DNA of 63,313 nt, counting the filler. It is 3 parts of 3 records of this genome, joined end to end, with 100 filler letters (N's around TTAATTAATTAA, not from the genome) between each part and the next. Parts side by side here need not be neighbours in the genome. Positions count along the whole stretch, not along the records: positions 40,432 to 63,313 come from SRR22947725_8050; 2 more parts are not named here. The stretch is one strand, 5' to 3'. The first letter of the stretch is position 1; each line of letters starts with the position of its first letter. The notes below the pieces were generated by a model. The model saw only the letters and a program-made list of their open reading frames with translations. It did no database searches and was not told where the DNA came from. Both the position numbers and the translations under genes were made by a program. This document shows, piece by piece, positions 61,658 to 63,313 of this stretch.

Positions 61658-62454
61658 GTATTCTAGACAAAATTGTGCAAACAAAATTGATAGAAGTATC
61701 ACATCTCAAATACGATATGCCTTCCCAAGGTTATCTGAAATCCAAATTAAATCAAAGAGGTGTTCGACCTTTTTTAGATTCCTTGAGATCGCCAAGGCGT
61801 GGAGATGTCGCATTGATCGCTGAGATCAAAAAGGCGTCGCCCTCCAAAGGGGTCATCTGTTCTGATTTTGATCCTGTCCGGATTGCTCAAGCCTATCAGG
61901 ATGCAGGCGCGACTTGCTTATCAGTTTTGACGGATGTGGATTATTTTCAAGGTTCACTGGAATACCTCAAAGCTGTCCGACAGGCGGTTGATCTGCCGCT
62001 TCTGCGAAAAGATTTTATTATTGATGCGAGACAGATTGAAGAGGCAATCGATTATGGTGCGGACGCAATCTTGCTCATCGCAGCCATTCTTGATGACCAA
62101 CAATTAAAATCTCTCCATACGTTGGCGACAGGTGCCGGTTTGACCGCTTTGGTGGAAGTGCATGATGAGGAAGAATTAAATCGTGTCATGAGCGCTGGTT
62201 GCCTGCTGGTGGGTGTGAATAATAGAAACTTGAAAGACTTCTCAGTCGATTTGGAGACAACCGATCGCATGGCAAAACTATGGCGTGAATCCGGGCGACC
62301 TTCCGGTAGCGTATTAGTTGCAGAGAGTGGTATTTACTCGCGCGAGGATGTTCTTGAGGTGAAAAAAGGAGGAGCCTCTGCTATCCTTGTAGGAGAATCC
62401 CTTATGCGTGATACTTCCAATATTCAATCTAAAGTCGTTGAGTTGCTTGGTTGA
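61654..62454 (+). CDS. trpC: Indole-3-glycerol phosphate synthase
   Basis: IAEIKKASPSKG, SVLTD..F.GS, LRKDF, GVNNRNL, AESGI. Confidence 0.96.
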   Translation: MSILDKIVQTKLIEVSHLKYDMPSQGYLKSKLNQRGVRPFLDSLRSPRRGDVALIAEIKKASPSKGVICSDFDPVRIAQAYQDAGATCLSVLTDVDYFQGSLEYLKAVRQAVDLPLLRKDFIIDARQIEEAIDYGADAILLIAAILDDQQLKSLHTLATGAGLTALVEVHDEEELNRVMSAGCLLVGVNNRNLKDFSVDLETTDRMAKLWRESGRPSGSVLVAESGIYSREDVLEVKKGGASAILVGESLMRDTSNIQSKVVELLG

Positions 62455-62526
62455 GGTCCCAGCACTATCCAGCGTATAAATGGTTTGTCCTATCGGTGCA
62501 CTTACCATTAAATTCTAACATCCGTT

Positions 62527-63313
62527 ATGAATAATCTAGAAACAATCTGTTTACATGGCGGGCATACGCCCGATTCCGCTTCTAATGCACGTGCAGTTCC
62601 TATCTATCGAACAAGCTCTTTTGTGTTCAAGGATACAGAGCATGCAGCCAATCTTTTTGCACTGAAAGAACTTGGTAACATTTACTCGCGCATCATGAAC
62701 CCAACTCAAGATGTGCTGGAGCAACGCGTCGCCTCCCTTGATAATGGAGCCGCTGCTCTCGCTTTGTCTTCAGGAACAAGCGCCATTTTTTACACTGTAA
62801 TCAATTTGTGTCAGGCGGGTGATGAAATTGTATCTGCGAACAATCTCTACGGGGGTTCCTTCACTCAATTCAACGACATCCTGCCACAGTTTAACATCAA
62901 GACAAATTTCGTTGATTCCAATGACCCTGAAAATTTCCGAAAAGCAATCACGCCCAAAACCAAATTACTCTTTTGCGAAACTGTCAGTAATCCGGGGCTG
63001 GACGTTGCGGATATTGAAGCAATAGCAAAGATTGCTCATGAGCATGGCTTGCCGCTAGTGGTTGATTCGACCTTCACCACTCCCTACTTGCAGCGTCCCA
63101 TTGATCATGGCGCAGACATCGTCATACATTCCTTGACTAAGTGGTTGGGGGGCCATGGTGCTGGCATTGGTGGAATTGTAGTTGATTCTGGCAAGTTCGA
63201 CTGGAAATCCGATAAGTTTCCTCTGATGACACAGCCTGAGTCTAGCTATCATGGCGTGCGTTGGGCGCATGACCTTGGCGATTTGAGCCCAATTGCCTTC
63301 ATATTGCGTATGC
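62527..63313 (+). CDS. metY: O-acetylhomoserine aminocarboxypropyltransferase (3'-truncated; absent from ORF track)
   Basis: Manual translation MNNLETICLHGGHTPD..RAVPIYRTSSF..GNIYSRIMNPT..HSLTKWLGGHG. Confidence 0.88.
   Translation, partial: MNNLETICLHGGHTPDSASNARAVPIYRTSSFVFKDTEHAANLFALKELGNIYSRIMNPTQDVLEQRVASLDNGAAALALSSGTSAIFYTVINLCQAGDEIVSANNLYGGSFTQFNDILPQFNIKTNFVDSNDPENFRKAITPKTKLLFCETVSNPGLDVADIEAIAKIAHEHGLPLVVDSTFTTPYLQRPIDHGADIVIHSLTKWLGGHGAGIGGIVVDSGKFDWKSDKFPLMTQPESSYHGVRWAHDLGDLSPIAFILRM

Noticed and set aside
62455-62526. SAM riboswitch upstream of metY
   Set aside because: Only 72 nt of AT-rich spacer, with no recognisable riboswitch core

Overview
The window is three unrelated contigs joined by 100-nt artificial linkers (N44-TTAATTAATTAA-N44 at 30914-31013 and 40332-40431). 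Contig 1 (1-30913) is GC-rich and actinobacterial, Microbacteriaceae-like by gene content and order. It is mostly housekeeping: rplO-secY-adk-infA-rpmJ-rpsM-rpsK-rpoA-rplQ-truA-rplM-rpsI-glmM, coaA, glmS-acpS-alr-tsaEB-rimI-tsaD, groES with two CIRCE sites, rarD, a Liv-type ABC transporter, guaB-guaB3-guaA and a truncated LacI regulator. Contig 2 (31014-40331) is probably Verrucomicrobia/Opitutales-like (inference). It carries an nrdR-hypothetical-HIT unit with two NrdR-like boxes, folP, a Tas-like aldo/keto reductase, a 96-bp REP/BIME-like array, hisN, sulP, and a translationally coupled operon of a domain-inverted photolyase and a non-canonical ADP-ribosylglycohydrolase. Contig 3 (40432-63313) has lower GC and is probably another Verrucomicrobia (inference). 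It carries a lolC/E gene broken by an inversion, a PDZ membrane protein, an atypical ClpX paralog, a TauE exporter next to a ferritin-like (DUF455) diiron/ATP-grasp fusion, an outer-membrane barrel, a two-permease RND system, rpsB-tsf, a sulfatase, frameshifted prfB, trpC and a partial metY. The best candidate for an undescribed system is the TauE + DUF455/ATP-grasp unit. Next come the ClpX paralog with an apparently duplicated small AAA+ domain, the photolyase-ARH operon and the NrdR-box-preceded nrdR-hyp-HIT unit. All calls come from reading motifs by eye; no searches were run.
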